Below are positions 1 to 10,492 of a stretch of DNA of 64,000 nt, in pieces; within the stretch, counting starts at the first letter, position 1; the number at the start of each line of letters is the position of its first letter. This DNA comes from an uncultured Chromatiaceae bacterium. GTDB lineage: Bacteria; Pseudomonadota; Gammaproteobacteria; Tenderiales; Tenderiaceae. A program made the position numbers and the translations under genes. A model generated the notes under the pieces. The model did not search any database. It was not told the DNA's origin and saw nothing but the letters and a program-made list of their open reading frames with translations. The stretch is taken from NCBI GenBank assembly GCA_947085765.1, contig CAMTXZ010000031.1:30283-94282 (forward strand), given 5' to 3'.

Positions 1-1
1 A

Positions 2-643
2 AGACCCAATAATGACGATGGCTACATTGTCAGATACCGTCACAACGGCACAGAGCAGCTCTGCGAGACGGGTTTCATCATCAACGCCGCTGGCCCCTGG
101 GGCAATCAGGTGCTGAGTCGCATCAGCCCCACTGTCAACAAACTCGCGATGGATTTGGTGCAGGGCACACACATCATTATTGAAGGAGAGGTGACGCAAG
201 GCATCTATTACGTTGAGGCGCCGCAGGACAAACGCGCCGTCTTTGTCATGCCCTGGCAAGACAAACTGATGGTCGGCACCACCGAAACCGTCTATCAGGG
301 TGACCCCGCTAAGGTGGTACCGCTGCCCAACGAAATCAGTTATCTGTGTCAGACACTCGCGCACTACTTTCCAAGTTATCACCACATCAACAGCGAAAAC
401 GTGCTCTCCGCCTTTGCCGGGCTGCGGGTACTGCCCAAGAGCATGGGCACTGCCTTCTCACGTCCGCGCGATACCATCTTCCATGTCGACAACCGCGACC
501 GGCCCCGCCTCGTCACCATTTACGGTGGCAAACTCACCGCCTATCGCGCCACCGCCGAACGACTGCTGCATCAGTTCAAAGATATGTTGCCCAAACGCAA
601 GGCCGTCGCCGATACCCGCACGCTGCCACTGCTACCAGAGTAA
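2..643 (+). CDS. FAD-dependent glycerol-3-phosphate dehydrogenase-like oxidoreductase, C-terminal part (5' end outside window)
   Basis: Open frame from position 2; motifs NAAGPWG and GGKLTAYR are typical of the GlpD/GlpA FAD oxidoreductase C-terminal region. Stop at 641-643. Confidence 0.6.
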   Translation, partial: RPNNDDGYIVRYRHNGTEQLCETGFIINAAGPWGNQVLSRISPTVNKLAMDLVQGTHIIIEGEVTQGIYYVEAPQDKRAVFVMPWQDKLMVGTTETVYQGDPAKVVPLPNEISYLCQTLAHYFPSYHHINSENVLSAFAGLRVLPKSMGTAFSRPRDTIFHVDNRDRPRLVTIYGGKLTAYRATAERLLHQFKDMLPKRKAVADTRTLPLLPE

Positions 644-714
644 GGTCGCCAACCCGTACCAAAGCCAGTAAAATGGCGATCCTCTTTCATCACCATCAAC
701 AGGTCCACACCCCT

Positions 715-2685
715 ATGAAAAGCCTCTGGGACGATAACGAAGCCAAACAGTACAGCGACGAGCTCGGCCTGCGTGTCTACAGCTCACGGCTATTAGGGCG
801 TGATGCCACCCTGGTACTGCATGGTGGTGGTAATACCTCCGTCAAAATCACGCAAAAAAATATCGTCGGCGAAGAGCAGCAACTGCTGTGTGTCAAAGGC
901 AGCGGCTGGGATCTGGAGACCATCGACCGCCCCGGCTTTCCCGCCGTCAAACTCGACCACCTGATCAAACTGGCAAAACTCGAATCACTCAGCGATCCGC
1001 AGATGGTCAACGAACTGCGCACCCACATGACCGATGCTGGCGCGCCGACACCCTCAGTCGAAGCGATCCTGCACGCCACCCTGCCCTACAAGTTTGTCGA
1101 TCACACCCACGCCGATGCGCTGGTCACCATCACCAACACACCGGGCGGACTCGAAAAAATCAAACAGATCTACGGCGACACAATTGTTATCGTGCCTTAC
1201 ATCATGCCCGGCTTCGACCTCGCCCGCCTCTGCGCCATCGAGTTCGAGAAGCAGCACAACGCCAATACCATCGGCATGGTGCTGATGAACCACGGCATCT
1301 TCTCGTTTGCCGACGATGCCAAGAGCTCTTACGAACGTATGATCCAACTGGTCGGCATGGCCGAGGAGTACATCAAGTCACAGAGCGCCTGGGAGTTGGA
1401 TTACGACACAGCTGCCAACAACAGTGCCGATGCTCTTGCACTCGCCGCACTGCGCCGCGACATTTCAAAGGCCGCTGGTTTCCCGGTAGTACTGCGCAGC
1501 CAACGTGATGCCAAGGCGATGAGCTTCTGCAACCGTTCAGACGTTGCCAAGGTTGCCCAGCAAGGCCCCGCTACCCCTGATCATGTGATTCGCACTAAAC
1601 GACTGCCACAGATTGGCCGTGATGTTGCGGGTTATGTCGAGACATACAAAAACTATTTCAATCAACACGCCTCCGATGCACGTGAACCGAAGACGATGGT
1701 CGATCCCGCACCGCGTGTCATACTCGACAAAACACTGGGCATGATCAGCATTGGCAAGAGCGCCAAAGAGGCGCAGATTGTCACCGACATCTACGACCAC
1801 ACCATGGATATCATCGCCCGCGCCGAGTTGATGGGCGGCTGGCAGGCGCTCTCGGCAAAACATATCTTCGACATGGAGTACTGGGATCTGGAACAGGCCA
1901 AACTGCGCAAGGGCGGCAGCGCACCGCAGTTCCAGGGCGAGATCGCACTCATCACCGGTGCCGCCTCTGGCATCGGTAAGGCGTGTGTCGAGTCGATGCT
2001 CAAACGCGGCGCTGCCGTGATCGCCATCGACATCGATGCCAAGATCGAAACGCTCTTCAAACGCGCCGACTATCTCGGCATCACCTGTGATGTGGCCGAC
2101 GAAACAACACTGATCGCCGCGATCAAACAGGGCGTCGCCCACTTCGGCGGGCTCGACATGGTCGTGCTCAACGCCGGCATCTTCCCCGGCGGCAAACGCA
2201 TCGACAATCTCAGCAGTGACGAGTGGCGCAAGGTGATGCAAATCAACCTCGACCCCAACCTGGTGTTGATGCGCGAGACCTATCCATTCCTGAAACTGGC
2301 ACCGAAAGGTGGCCGCGTCGTCGCCATGGGTTCCAAAAACGTCCCCGCCCCCGGCCCCGGCGCAGCCGCCTACTCCGCCACCAAAGCCGCGCTGACCCAG
2401 ATGACCCGCATCGCCGCGCTCGAATGGGGAGCAGAGAACATCCGCATCAACACACTGCATCCCGATTGTGTATTTGATACCGGCATCTGGACCGACGAAG
2501 TACTCGCTGCACGCGCCAAACACTACGGTCTGACAGTGGAGCAGTACAAACGCAAGAATATATTGAAGACCGAAGTCACCAGCCATGATGTAGCCGAACT
2601 TACCTGCGAACTCTGCGGACCGCTATTCGCAAAAACCACAGCTGCGCAGATCCCCATCGACGGTGGCAATGAGAGGGTGATTTAA
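715..2685 (+). CDS. Bifunctional class II aldolase (rhamnulose-1-phosphate aldolase-like) / short-chain dehydrogenase
   Basis: N-terminal class II aldolase/adducin-like domain (HGGGNTSVK, HTHAD) fused to an SDR domain (TGAASGIGKA, YSATKAA). The ORF track begins at 346 but overlaps the upstream gene; ATG at 715 (MKSLWDD) or 673 is the likely start. Confidence 0.8.
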   Translation: MKSLWDDNEAKQYSDELGLRVYSSRLLGRDATLVLHGGGNTSVKITQKNIVGEEQQLLCVKGSGWDLETIDRPGFPAVKLDHLIKLAKLESLSDPQMVNELRTHMTDAGAPTPSVEAILHATLPYKFVDHTHADALVTITNTPGGLEKIKQIYGDTIVIVPYIMPGFDLARLCAIEFEKQHNANTIGMVLMNHGIFSFADDAKSSYERMIQLVGMAEEYIKSQSAWELDYDTAANNSADALALAALRRDISKAAGFPVVLRSQRDAKAMSFCNRSDVAKVAQQGPATPDHVIRTKRLPQIGRDVAGYVETYKNYFNQHASDAREPKTMVDPAPRVILDKTLGMISIGKSAKEAQIVTDIYDHTMDIIARAELMGGWQALSAKHIFDMEYWDLEQAKLRKGGSAPQFQGEIALITGAASGIGKACVESMLKRGAAVIAIDIDAKIETLFKRADYLGITCDVADETTLIAAIKQGVAHFGGLDMVVLNAGIFPGGKRIDNLSSDEWRKVMQINLDPNLVLMRETYPFLKLAPKGGRVVAMGSKNVPAPGPGAAAYSATKAALTQMTRIAALEWGAENIRINTLHPDCVFDTGIWTDEVLAARAKHYGLTVEQYKRKNILKTEVTSHDVAELTCELCGPLFAKTTAAQIPIDGGNERVI

Positions 2686-2783
2686 GCGACCACACCATCG
2701 AATCAATGGGCGGGCTCATTCTCACATTCGTAGGGTGCGTATAATCGTGGCAGGGGAACCAATCCTTTAAGGGACTTGTATTG

Positions 2784-4193
2784 ATGCTGAAGCACCTATT
2801 TCTTAGACCAGAAATGCTTGGTCGCCTGATATTTTCTAAACCAGACGGACAGTCCTATTACGTTCAAGCAACTTCTGAGCAGAAAACCAGACGCGCGCTC
2901 CCCGAGGAGATCGTTCGACAATTGTTCGTGCTGTCTCTACTTCATGATTATAAATACCCGGAGGGGTTAATCCGCTTGGAATTACCTATCCAGATGGGTA
3001 GAGAAAAAAAGCGTGCTGATATTGCTGTATTGGAGGCTAATGGCAATGTCAAAATTATCATAGAGGTCAAGGTAGAGCATGACAAAGACTCTATGCCGCA
3101 GCTTATGTCATACATGGCAATTACGGGGGCTTTGTATGGAGCAATCGTTTCCAGTGCTGAAATTATTTGCGTCAAACGGCTATCAACCCAGGATATAGTA
3201 CCGATAAGTGACTTACCTATTTTCTTGGGAAATGACACCTTGTCTGAGCCTGAAATACAGGCGAAGCACAATCCACAACCAAGTTTTCCAGGCACCCCGT
3301 GCGCCTCCATTGAAGTAGAAGGCTTTGAGCGAAATACTCCAACCCACGCCAAGATCACAATCAAAGGGCACACACTTCAACTCTCTAACGTAGAGCTAGA
3401 GTCATACAAAAAACTTAGGCAGAAGTTTCTGATAGCAGGTGTAGCCCTTAACCCGAACGTCAAACAGGCGGAGTGGTTTGATATGTTTAGTCAGCTGCTA
3501 GAGACCACGCCGATAAATGCCATGCCTATTTTAGTGGAAAGTGACACCTCGTCTGAGCCTGAAATACAGACGGATTACAATCCACAACCAAGTCTGCCAG
3601 GCACTCCGTGCGCCTCCATTGAAGTAGAAGGCTTTGAGCGAAATACCCCAACCCACGCCAAGATCACAATCAAAGGTCACACACTTCAACTCTCCAACGT
3701 AGAGCTAGAGTCATACAAAAAACTTAGACAGAAGTTTTTGATAGCGGGCGCGGCCCTTAACCCGAATGTCAAACAGGCAGAGTGGTTTGAGATATTTAGT
3801 CAGCTGCTAGAGCATACACCGATTACTTATCTGTCCAGTCCACAGCGGGGTAGTGCTGTTGATGAGAAGGCACTGGCAGCTATCGAGGAAGCATTGGGGC
3901 AAGGGCAGCCTGGATTCTCGGGTGGTTGGATCAGTTCATTTGCGCTGGATAGGTTGCTGGATAGACTCAAGATCAGTGTTCCGCGCACTAATCGCAAAAA
4001 ATTATTAAACGCGCTTGGCTATGAGTGGCACCCTAACCTCCCTGATGGGCGTTTGAACAACCCGATCAATGACCCTTCTGGCGATTTCGGCAGACCGAGA
4101 TTGTTTATTTCTAAGGAGCATATGACTGCAAGATGGGTTAATGGTAGTGATATCGCCAGGGCGTATCTTGCAGATCAAGTTTCGGGGAGTTGA
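2784..4193 (+). CDS. HsdR_N-like (PD-(D/E)xK nuclease-fold) domain protein with internally duplicated C-terminal domain
   Basis: N-terminal segment ADIAVLEANGNVKIIIEVK resembles the type I restriction HsdR N-terminal / PD-(D/E)xK motif (D...EVK). RBS-like aaggga sits 8 nt upstream of ATG 2784. The gene lies in an AT-rich island. Confidence 0.55.
   Translation: MLKHLFLRPEMLGRLIFSKPDGQSYYVQATSEQKTRRALPEEIVRQLFVLSLLHDYKYPEGLIRLELPIQMGREKKRADIAVLEANGNVKIIIEVKVEHDKDSMPQLMSYMAITGALYGAIVSSAEIICVKRLSTQDIVPISDLPIFLGNDTLSEPEIQAKHNPQPSFPGTPCASIEVEGFERNTPTHAKITIKGHTLQLSNVELESYKKLRQKFLIAGVALNPNVKQAEWFDMFSQLLETTPINAMPILVESDTSSEPEIQTDYNPQPSLPGTPCASIEVEGFERNTPTHAKITIKGHTLQLSNVELESYKKLRQKFLIAGAALNPNVKQAEWFEIFSQLLEHTPITYLSSPQRGSAVDEKALAAIEEALGQGQPGFSGGWISSFALDRLLDRLKISVPRTNRKKLLNALGYEWHPNLPDGRLNNPINDPSGDFGRPRLFISKEHMTARWVNGSDIARAYLADQVSGS
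3234..3851. repeat. Tandem direct repeat, 2 x 309 bp (about 93% identical), inside CDS 2784-4193
   Basis: Copy 1 begins gacaccttgtctgagcctgaaatacag at 3234; copy 2 begins gacacctcgtctgagcctgaaatacag at 3543. The protein shows two near-identical 103-aa units (…PGTPCASIEVEGFERNTPTHAKITIKGHTLQLSNVELESYKKLRQKFLIAG…). Confidence 0.9.
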
Positions 4194-4322
4194 GGTTGGT
4201 GCCAATAACGTCAATGAGACAAACCACGTTACCGGCTTGTCTCCGAGCAGCAAGTAGGCTGGACTTGGAGTTTTTCGAAAAAACTGGGGCATTTGATTGA
4301 ACAATATCTATGGGTGGTGTTT

Positions 4323-5003
4323 ATGACTGAATTGAAAGATCGAATTGAAGATGTTCTTTCCTTGGTGGAACAGAATTTTGAATTTTTCCATGTTGGGATG
4401 TTTTTTGATGATTACGCAAAGCGTAATGATCTCTCATCAAAGGTTGTACCAATCGAACTATCTCTTGAAGATGAAAAAGTGTTTAGGCCGGGTGATATAG
4501 TCAAAGATTCATTGCGTGACTATTTTATAAAAGACAGATCGACCGTCTTTGGTTACATGGTCGCATGGAATGCATTTCGTGGAATCGGCATGGCAATGAA
4601 GGAGGGACTGCAAGACAATCCAAACCTTAAGGATTTCATAAAGAAAAAGCTCGGGAACAGATATGAACATTATCACGCCATTTTGAGTTTTATTAGAAAT
4701 GTGTTGTCGCACAACATACACGACGAAACACAGCTGAAAGAACAAAACTACAAAGATACCCGCACATATTTTGTGAGGGATGTTTGTTCAACAGGAGTTG
4801 CAACACTTTCCATTAACTATGCCGATGATTTTCCAGGAACGAATCTTCCAAGTGGCTATGGATTCAATCTTGAAGTTAATTTCAATTTATTAAATCCTGG
4901 AAAACGTTTTATTGAGGTTATTTCTGAATCGCATTTATATATGTTTTCTGAACTTTGCTTCATTTTAGTTAAAGCATTTCGGAACGAAGCGCAGCCAAGC
5001 TGA
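4323..5003 (+). CDS. Hypothetical protein with HEPN-like Rx4H motif (candidate Abi/RNase-type effector)
   Basis: ORF 4293-5003 (TTG at 4293, ATG at 4323). Motifs NRYEHYH and FIRNVLSHN (R-x4-H) flanked by hydrophobic residues, at about nt 4691-4711. AT-rich codon usage unlike flanking core genes. Confidence 0.4.
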   Translation: MTELKDRIEDVLSLVEQNFEFFHVGMFFDDYAKRNDLSSKVVPIELSLEDEKVFRPGDIVKDSLRDYFIKDRSTVFGYMVAWNAFRGIGMAMKEGLQDNPNLKDFIKKKLGNRYEHYHAILSFIRNVLSHNIHDETQLKEQNYKDTRTYFVRDVCSTGVATLSINYADDFPGTNLPSGYGFNLEVNFNLLNPGKRFIEVISESHLYMFSELCFILVKAFRNEAQPS

Positions 5004-5107
5004 GGTGCATTCCATGCACCAATGACAACTGAAGCATAGACCATCGAATACAGAGATTGATGCCGGATATTTTTTGGATCGCAAAGGTAAAAATTGGAGC
5101 TGATCTT

Positions 5108-5341
5108 ATGAACATCAACCTGAACCTAGAGGCTTTGGAAGCGGAGGTTCTTAAACTCTCCTCTGCTGATCGTTCCCATCTTTTAGAGCGGCTCATTGGC
5201 AGCCTTGATGCAGATGCTGCAATCGATGCGGCATGGGAACAAGAGGCCGAGCGCCGTCAGATGGATATCGAATCCGGGAAGGTCACCCTGGTTTCTGGTG
5301 AAGAGGCGATGCCCCGTTTAAGAGAGAAGTTGAAACGGTGA
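5108..5341 (+). CDS. Type II toxin-antitoxin antitoxin, putative addiction module component (TIGR02574 family)
   Basis: MNINLNLEALEAEVLKLSSADRSHLLERLIGSLD… matches the conserved N-terminus of the TIGR02574 antitoxin family. Its stop overlaps the GTG start of the downstream toxin (GTGA). Confidence 0.7.
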   Translation: MNINLNLEALEAEVLKLSSADRSHLLERLIGSLDADAAIDAAWEQEAERRQMDIESGKVTLVSGEEAMPRLREKLKR

Positions 5342-5631
5342 CTTTTTCACTGCACCCGGAGGCAGAAAGAGACATTGCCGATGCAATTGATTTTTATCTT
5401 CGGAATGCAGGCTTGATTGTCGCCGAGAGGTTTTTGGATGAGTTTTACAGGGCGGCCCGCTTTCTCGTAGAGAATCCTGAGGCTGGTACACCATCGTTGC
5501 GTGATCGCCGCACGTTTCCTCTCCATATTTTTCCGTATTCAATTGTGTATGTACCATCACGTGGAGAGATCTGTATTCTAGTCGTCAGACATCAGCGCCG
5601 TCAGCCAAGTTACGGTGCAGAACGACAGTAA
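5338..5631 (+). CDS. Type II toxin RelE/ParE family (plasmid stabilization system protein)
   Basis: 97 aa. MTFSLHPEAERDIADAIDFY…VYVP…ILVVRHQRR is the RelE/ParE fold pattern. Translationally coupled to the upstream antitoxin. Confidence 0.75.
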   Translation: MTFSLHPEAERDIADAIDFYLRNAGLIVAERFLDEFYRAARFLVENPEAGTPSLRDRRTFPLHIFPYSIVYVPSRGEICILVVRHQRRQPSYGAERQ

Positions 5632-5732
5632 CGAGGGCATTTGAGTAAATCCACCCAACATTAATAGGCTGTGTCCGCATGAGCGAGCATGGCAATAAAC
5701 AAAACACTTAAACAACGGAAACTAAAAACACC

Positions 5733-7403
<1,671 letters not shown>

Positions 7404-7472
7404 TGCCGCGCTGGGCCGTTGTTTGAAGGTGGATTAAAACCACACCACCCGATCATTGGCCAGAGACAACAA

Positions 7473-7508
7473 AGCCCCTTTGGCATACCGTCAAAGGGGC
7501 TTTTTTAT
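7473..7508 (+). terminator. Rho-independent terminator after ettA
   Basis: Hairpin gcccctttg-gcataccgt-caaaggggc followed by tttttt. Confidence 0.7.
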
Positions 7509-7622
7509 TACACTGCAATACCGTTGGTCCGGCGATTTTAAAACGCATCAGAAGATAGTTTTATCTCTTCACACCACCCTCTACCGATGCTGGCTGACAA
7601 GCGCTTAATCGCTCTTTCACTG

Positions 7623-10037
7623 CTACGACGTGACGCCACGCTGTGCAAAGCGTGCGTGCGCCTGTGTCTTTAACCACACATCCAGCTCATCGGCAGGCAC
7701 TGGGTAACTGATCCAGTAGCCTTGCGCCTGATCGCACCCCAGCTCGGCCAGTTTTTTCATCACTGCAAAACTCTCCACCCCCTCCGCTACCACCCGCAAA
7801 CCCATATTGTGACCAAGATCAATTGTCGAGCGCACGATCACCAGGTCTTCGCCGTTATCGAGCATGTCGATGACAAAGGATTTGTCGATCTTGATCTCCA
7901 CCACTGGCAACTGCTTGAGATAAACAAGCGACGAGTACCCTGTGCCAAAGTCATCAATCGATAGCCCTACCCCCATCTCATTGAGTTTTTTCAGGGTATC
8001 CATGGCACGCAGTGGATCGGCCATGATGGCGCTTTCGGTGATTTCAAAGAGCAGCTGGCTAGCCGGCACTTGCCACTCACTAATGACTTTACCGATCTGA
8101 TCAGCGAGTTGTTGATCCTGCAGGTGGGTGGCGGAAAGATTAATCGCCATGATGAGATTGACCCCGGCTTGTTGCCATAGATGCGACTGCCGCAACGCCT
8201 CCTCCAGAACATATAGAGTAAGTGGTCGGATAAGGCCGGTCTGCTCTGCCAGCGGAATAAACTCATCTGAAAACAACAGACCACGTTGTGGGTGTTGCCA
8301 ACGTACCAGCGCCTCGACGCCGGTAACAATATTCAATTTGAGATCCACTTTTGGCTGGTAACAGAGCATCAGCTCGTTGTTCTCAATAGCACGCCGCAAC
8401 TCACCCGCCAGGGCGAGACGCATGACGCTGTGCTGATCCTGCTCCGGGCTGTAGATAACAAAATCTTTGGCGGCGCGTTTGGCAACATACATCGCCACAT
8501 CGGCATGGCGCATCAACGTCGAGCTGTCGGTGCCGTGCTCGGGAAACAGCGCAATGCCGATGCTGATGCCAACATGCAGGCTATGGTCATCAACGATGAT
8601 AGGTTCATCAAGGACCGCCGCCAGCTTACGGGCGGCATTGATGGCGTCATGCTCGCCGGTGATGGCTGGCAGTACCACTGCAAATTCGTCACCACCCAGG
8701 CGCGATATTGTGTCCGATTCACGCAGTGCCGCACACATACGGATGGCCACCTGCTGCAGCACCACATCACCATAGTGATGACCGAGTGTATCGTTGATCT
8801 CTTTGAAACGATCCAGATCGGCAATGAATAACGCAACCGGCTGTTGTTTGCGTTGTGCTGTCATGACGGCATGGCGCAAACGGTCGTTCAGCAGCAGGCG
8901 ATTGGGCAATTCGGTAAGCGAATCATGCAGCGCCTGATGTTCAAGTTGCTGATTGAGCAGTGCCAATTCACGGGTACGTTTGGCAACACGCTGCTCCAGC
9001 TCCTCCTGCATCGCCTTGATGCCAACCTCATAATGTTTACGTTCGGTGATGTCGCGAACGATGGCGATATATAACACTCCTTCATCGCGCCAGAGTTCGC
9101 TCACCGCCATCTCAACAGGAAAGGTGTGGCCGTCGCGATGCCGCCCAACACTCTCCTGGGTGATGGCGCTTGTGCGTGGCGGAAAGGTGGAGTGGATGCC
9201 GTGGACCAGTAGTCCGGTCAACGGCCGGCCTATCACCTCGCTGGCTTGATAACCAAACAGCTCCTCAGCCGCCGGGTTCATCGATTCAATATCGCCCCAG
9301 CCACGAATGGTAATAATGCCATTGACCACATTGTCCATAATGGCGCGAATATGGGTTTCACCTACCACCAGCTTGGTGCGCATCAACTCCAGATCCTCGG
9401 CGAGACCGACAATCTCATCAACACTTGAACTGACCTCCAGATGCTCACCAGTACGCCCGGCAATGATTTTGCGTGCAGCACGACGCAGTTGTTGCAACGG
9501 CCGGGTCACTTGTGGCGCAATAACCGCCAGCAGTAACAGTGACAAAATTATGTAGCCGCCCGCCAACAGCATGCCACGTTGATAAGTACTCTGAATCTGC
9601 TCTTGGGTAGACGCCTCGTCATAGCCTAATTGCAGCAATGCATCCCTCCCCTCGAAGGGAACACGCAGGGCGATGTAATAAACGTTATCGCCATGATCAC
9701 CAAAAAAGAAATCTTCTTGAAATAACACATTTGCAGCGGCTCTATTGCCGGAGGAAGAGAGCGTCCGGCCCCCCTCCAGGATGAGCTTGGCATAAACAAT
9801 CCGCCCGTCGATGAGGTTCTCATCCAGGGTATCGACAATCTGCCTGGTACCACTGGTTGTAGAAAGATGGTTGGCTAGTTGATGCGCGCTATGACGCGCG
9901 GCATTAATAAACTGCTCTTGATAACCGTGTTCAACAAGCTTGAGCACCCAGCTGAACAGGATGGAGATGAGCACAGCATGAATCAGCACACCGCCAATCA
10001 CAATGTAACTCGCAAACCCCCAGCGCCAGCGTTTCAA
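7623..10037 (-). CDS. Membrane sensor with periplasmic domain, HAMP, PAS, GGDEF and EAL domains (diguanylate cyclase/phosphodiesterase)
   Basis: 804 aa. Two TM segments flank a roughly 130-aa periplasmic domain. GGDEF motif RLGGDEF, EAL region (ELMLCYQP…, DDFGTGYSSL). Confidence 0.9.
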   Translation of the reverse strand: MKRWRWGFASYIVIGGVLIHAVLISILFSWVLKLVEHGYQEQFINAARHSAHQLANHLSTTSGTRQIVDTLDENLIDGRIVYAKLILEGGRTLSSSGNRAAANVLFQEDFFFGDHGDNVYYIALRVPFEGRDALLQLGYDEASTQEQIQSTYQRGMLLAGGYIILSLLLLAVIAPQVTRPLQQLRRAARKIIAGRTGEHLEVSSSVDEIVGLAEDLELMRTKLVVGETHIRAIMDNVVNGIITIRGWGDIESMNPAAEELFGYQASEVIGRPLTGLLVHGIHSTFPPRTSAITQESVGRHRDGHTFPVEMAVSELWRDEGVLYIAIVRDITERKHYEVGIKAMQEELEQRVAKRTRELALLNQQLEHQALHDSLTELPNRLLLNDRLRHAVMTAQRKQQPVALFIADLDRFKEINDTLGHHYGDVVLQQVAIRMCAALRESDTISRLGGDEFAVVLPAITGEHDAINAARKLAAVLDEPIIVDDHSLHVGISIGIALFPEHGTDSSTLMRHADVAMYVAKRAAKDFVIYSPEQDQHSVMRLALAGELRRAIENNELMLCYQPKVDLKLNIVTGVEALVRWQHPQRGLLFSDEFIPLAEQTGLIRPLTLYVLEEALRQSHLWQQAGVNLIMAINLSATHLQDQQLADQIGKVISEWQVPASQLLFEITESAIMADPLRAMDTLKKLNEMGVGLSIDDFGTGYSSLVYLKQLPVVEIKIDKSFVIDMLDNGEDLVIVRSTIDLGHNMGLRVVAEGVESFAVMKKLAELGCDQAQGYWISYPVPADELDVWLKTQAHARFAQRGVTS

Positions 10038-10492
10038 TGGACGCTACCTTGCCAGATCACAGCAATTACCACTACGCCAGAACCAGCACTTATTTGATCC
10101 TGCCACATAAACGTGACCGTACTGGGCTGCGTACGCAGGACGCGTAACAGCGCTTGCTGATCTGTATAGACTGGCGGCTGGATACCGCTCTGACGTACCA
10201 CATTGGCAAGCAGTTGGCGTTCATACAGGGGAGCGGACATAAACAGAACTTTTTGTAAAAACACTTGGTATAGCAACGATTCAGTACGGTTGATAACTGC
10301 AATCAGGCGGCGTTGTTGCTGGGCAACTGGCAGTCCCAAAAACAGCCGACGGATTTCAATGTTGGTCAGGTTAATATTATTAGCTCCGACGTGAGTCACC
10401 AACACCAGTGAGCGGACCTCGTTTGCCACGCCGGAGGGACTGATTAGCGTCACGAACAGGATCATCACAAAGCGTGCTACAAGCCGGCTCAT
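10034..10492 (-). CDS. Hypothetical secreted/periplasmic protein co-transcribed with the GGDEF/EAL sensor
   Basis: MSRLVARFVMILFVTLISPSGVANE… has a signal-peptide-like N-terminus. Its stop overlaps the sensor start (ATGA at 10034-10037) and its start overlaps the stop of the upstream outer-membrane protein frame (ATGA at 10489-10492). Confidence 0.5.
   Translation of the reverse strand: MSRLVARFVMILFVTLISPSGVANEVRSLVLVTHVGANNINLTNIEIRRLFLGLPVAQQQRRLIAVINRTESLLYQVFLQKVLFMSAPLYERQLLANVVRQSGIQPPVYTDQQALLRVLRTQPSTVTFMWQDQISAGSGVVVIAVIWQGSVH

Noticed and set aside
346-714. Extension of the aldolase/SDR ORF upstream to 346.
   Set aside because: It overlaps the preceding GlpD-like CDS for about 300 nt in another frame, and the extension (MSDTRALLSKLSPHQQRKRALRLCRAAG…) is Arg-rich low complexity. 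The conserved aldolase N-terminus starts at MKSLWDD (715).
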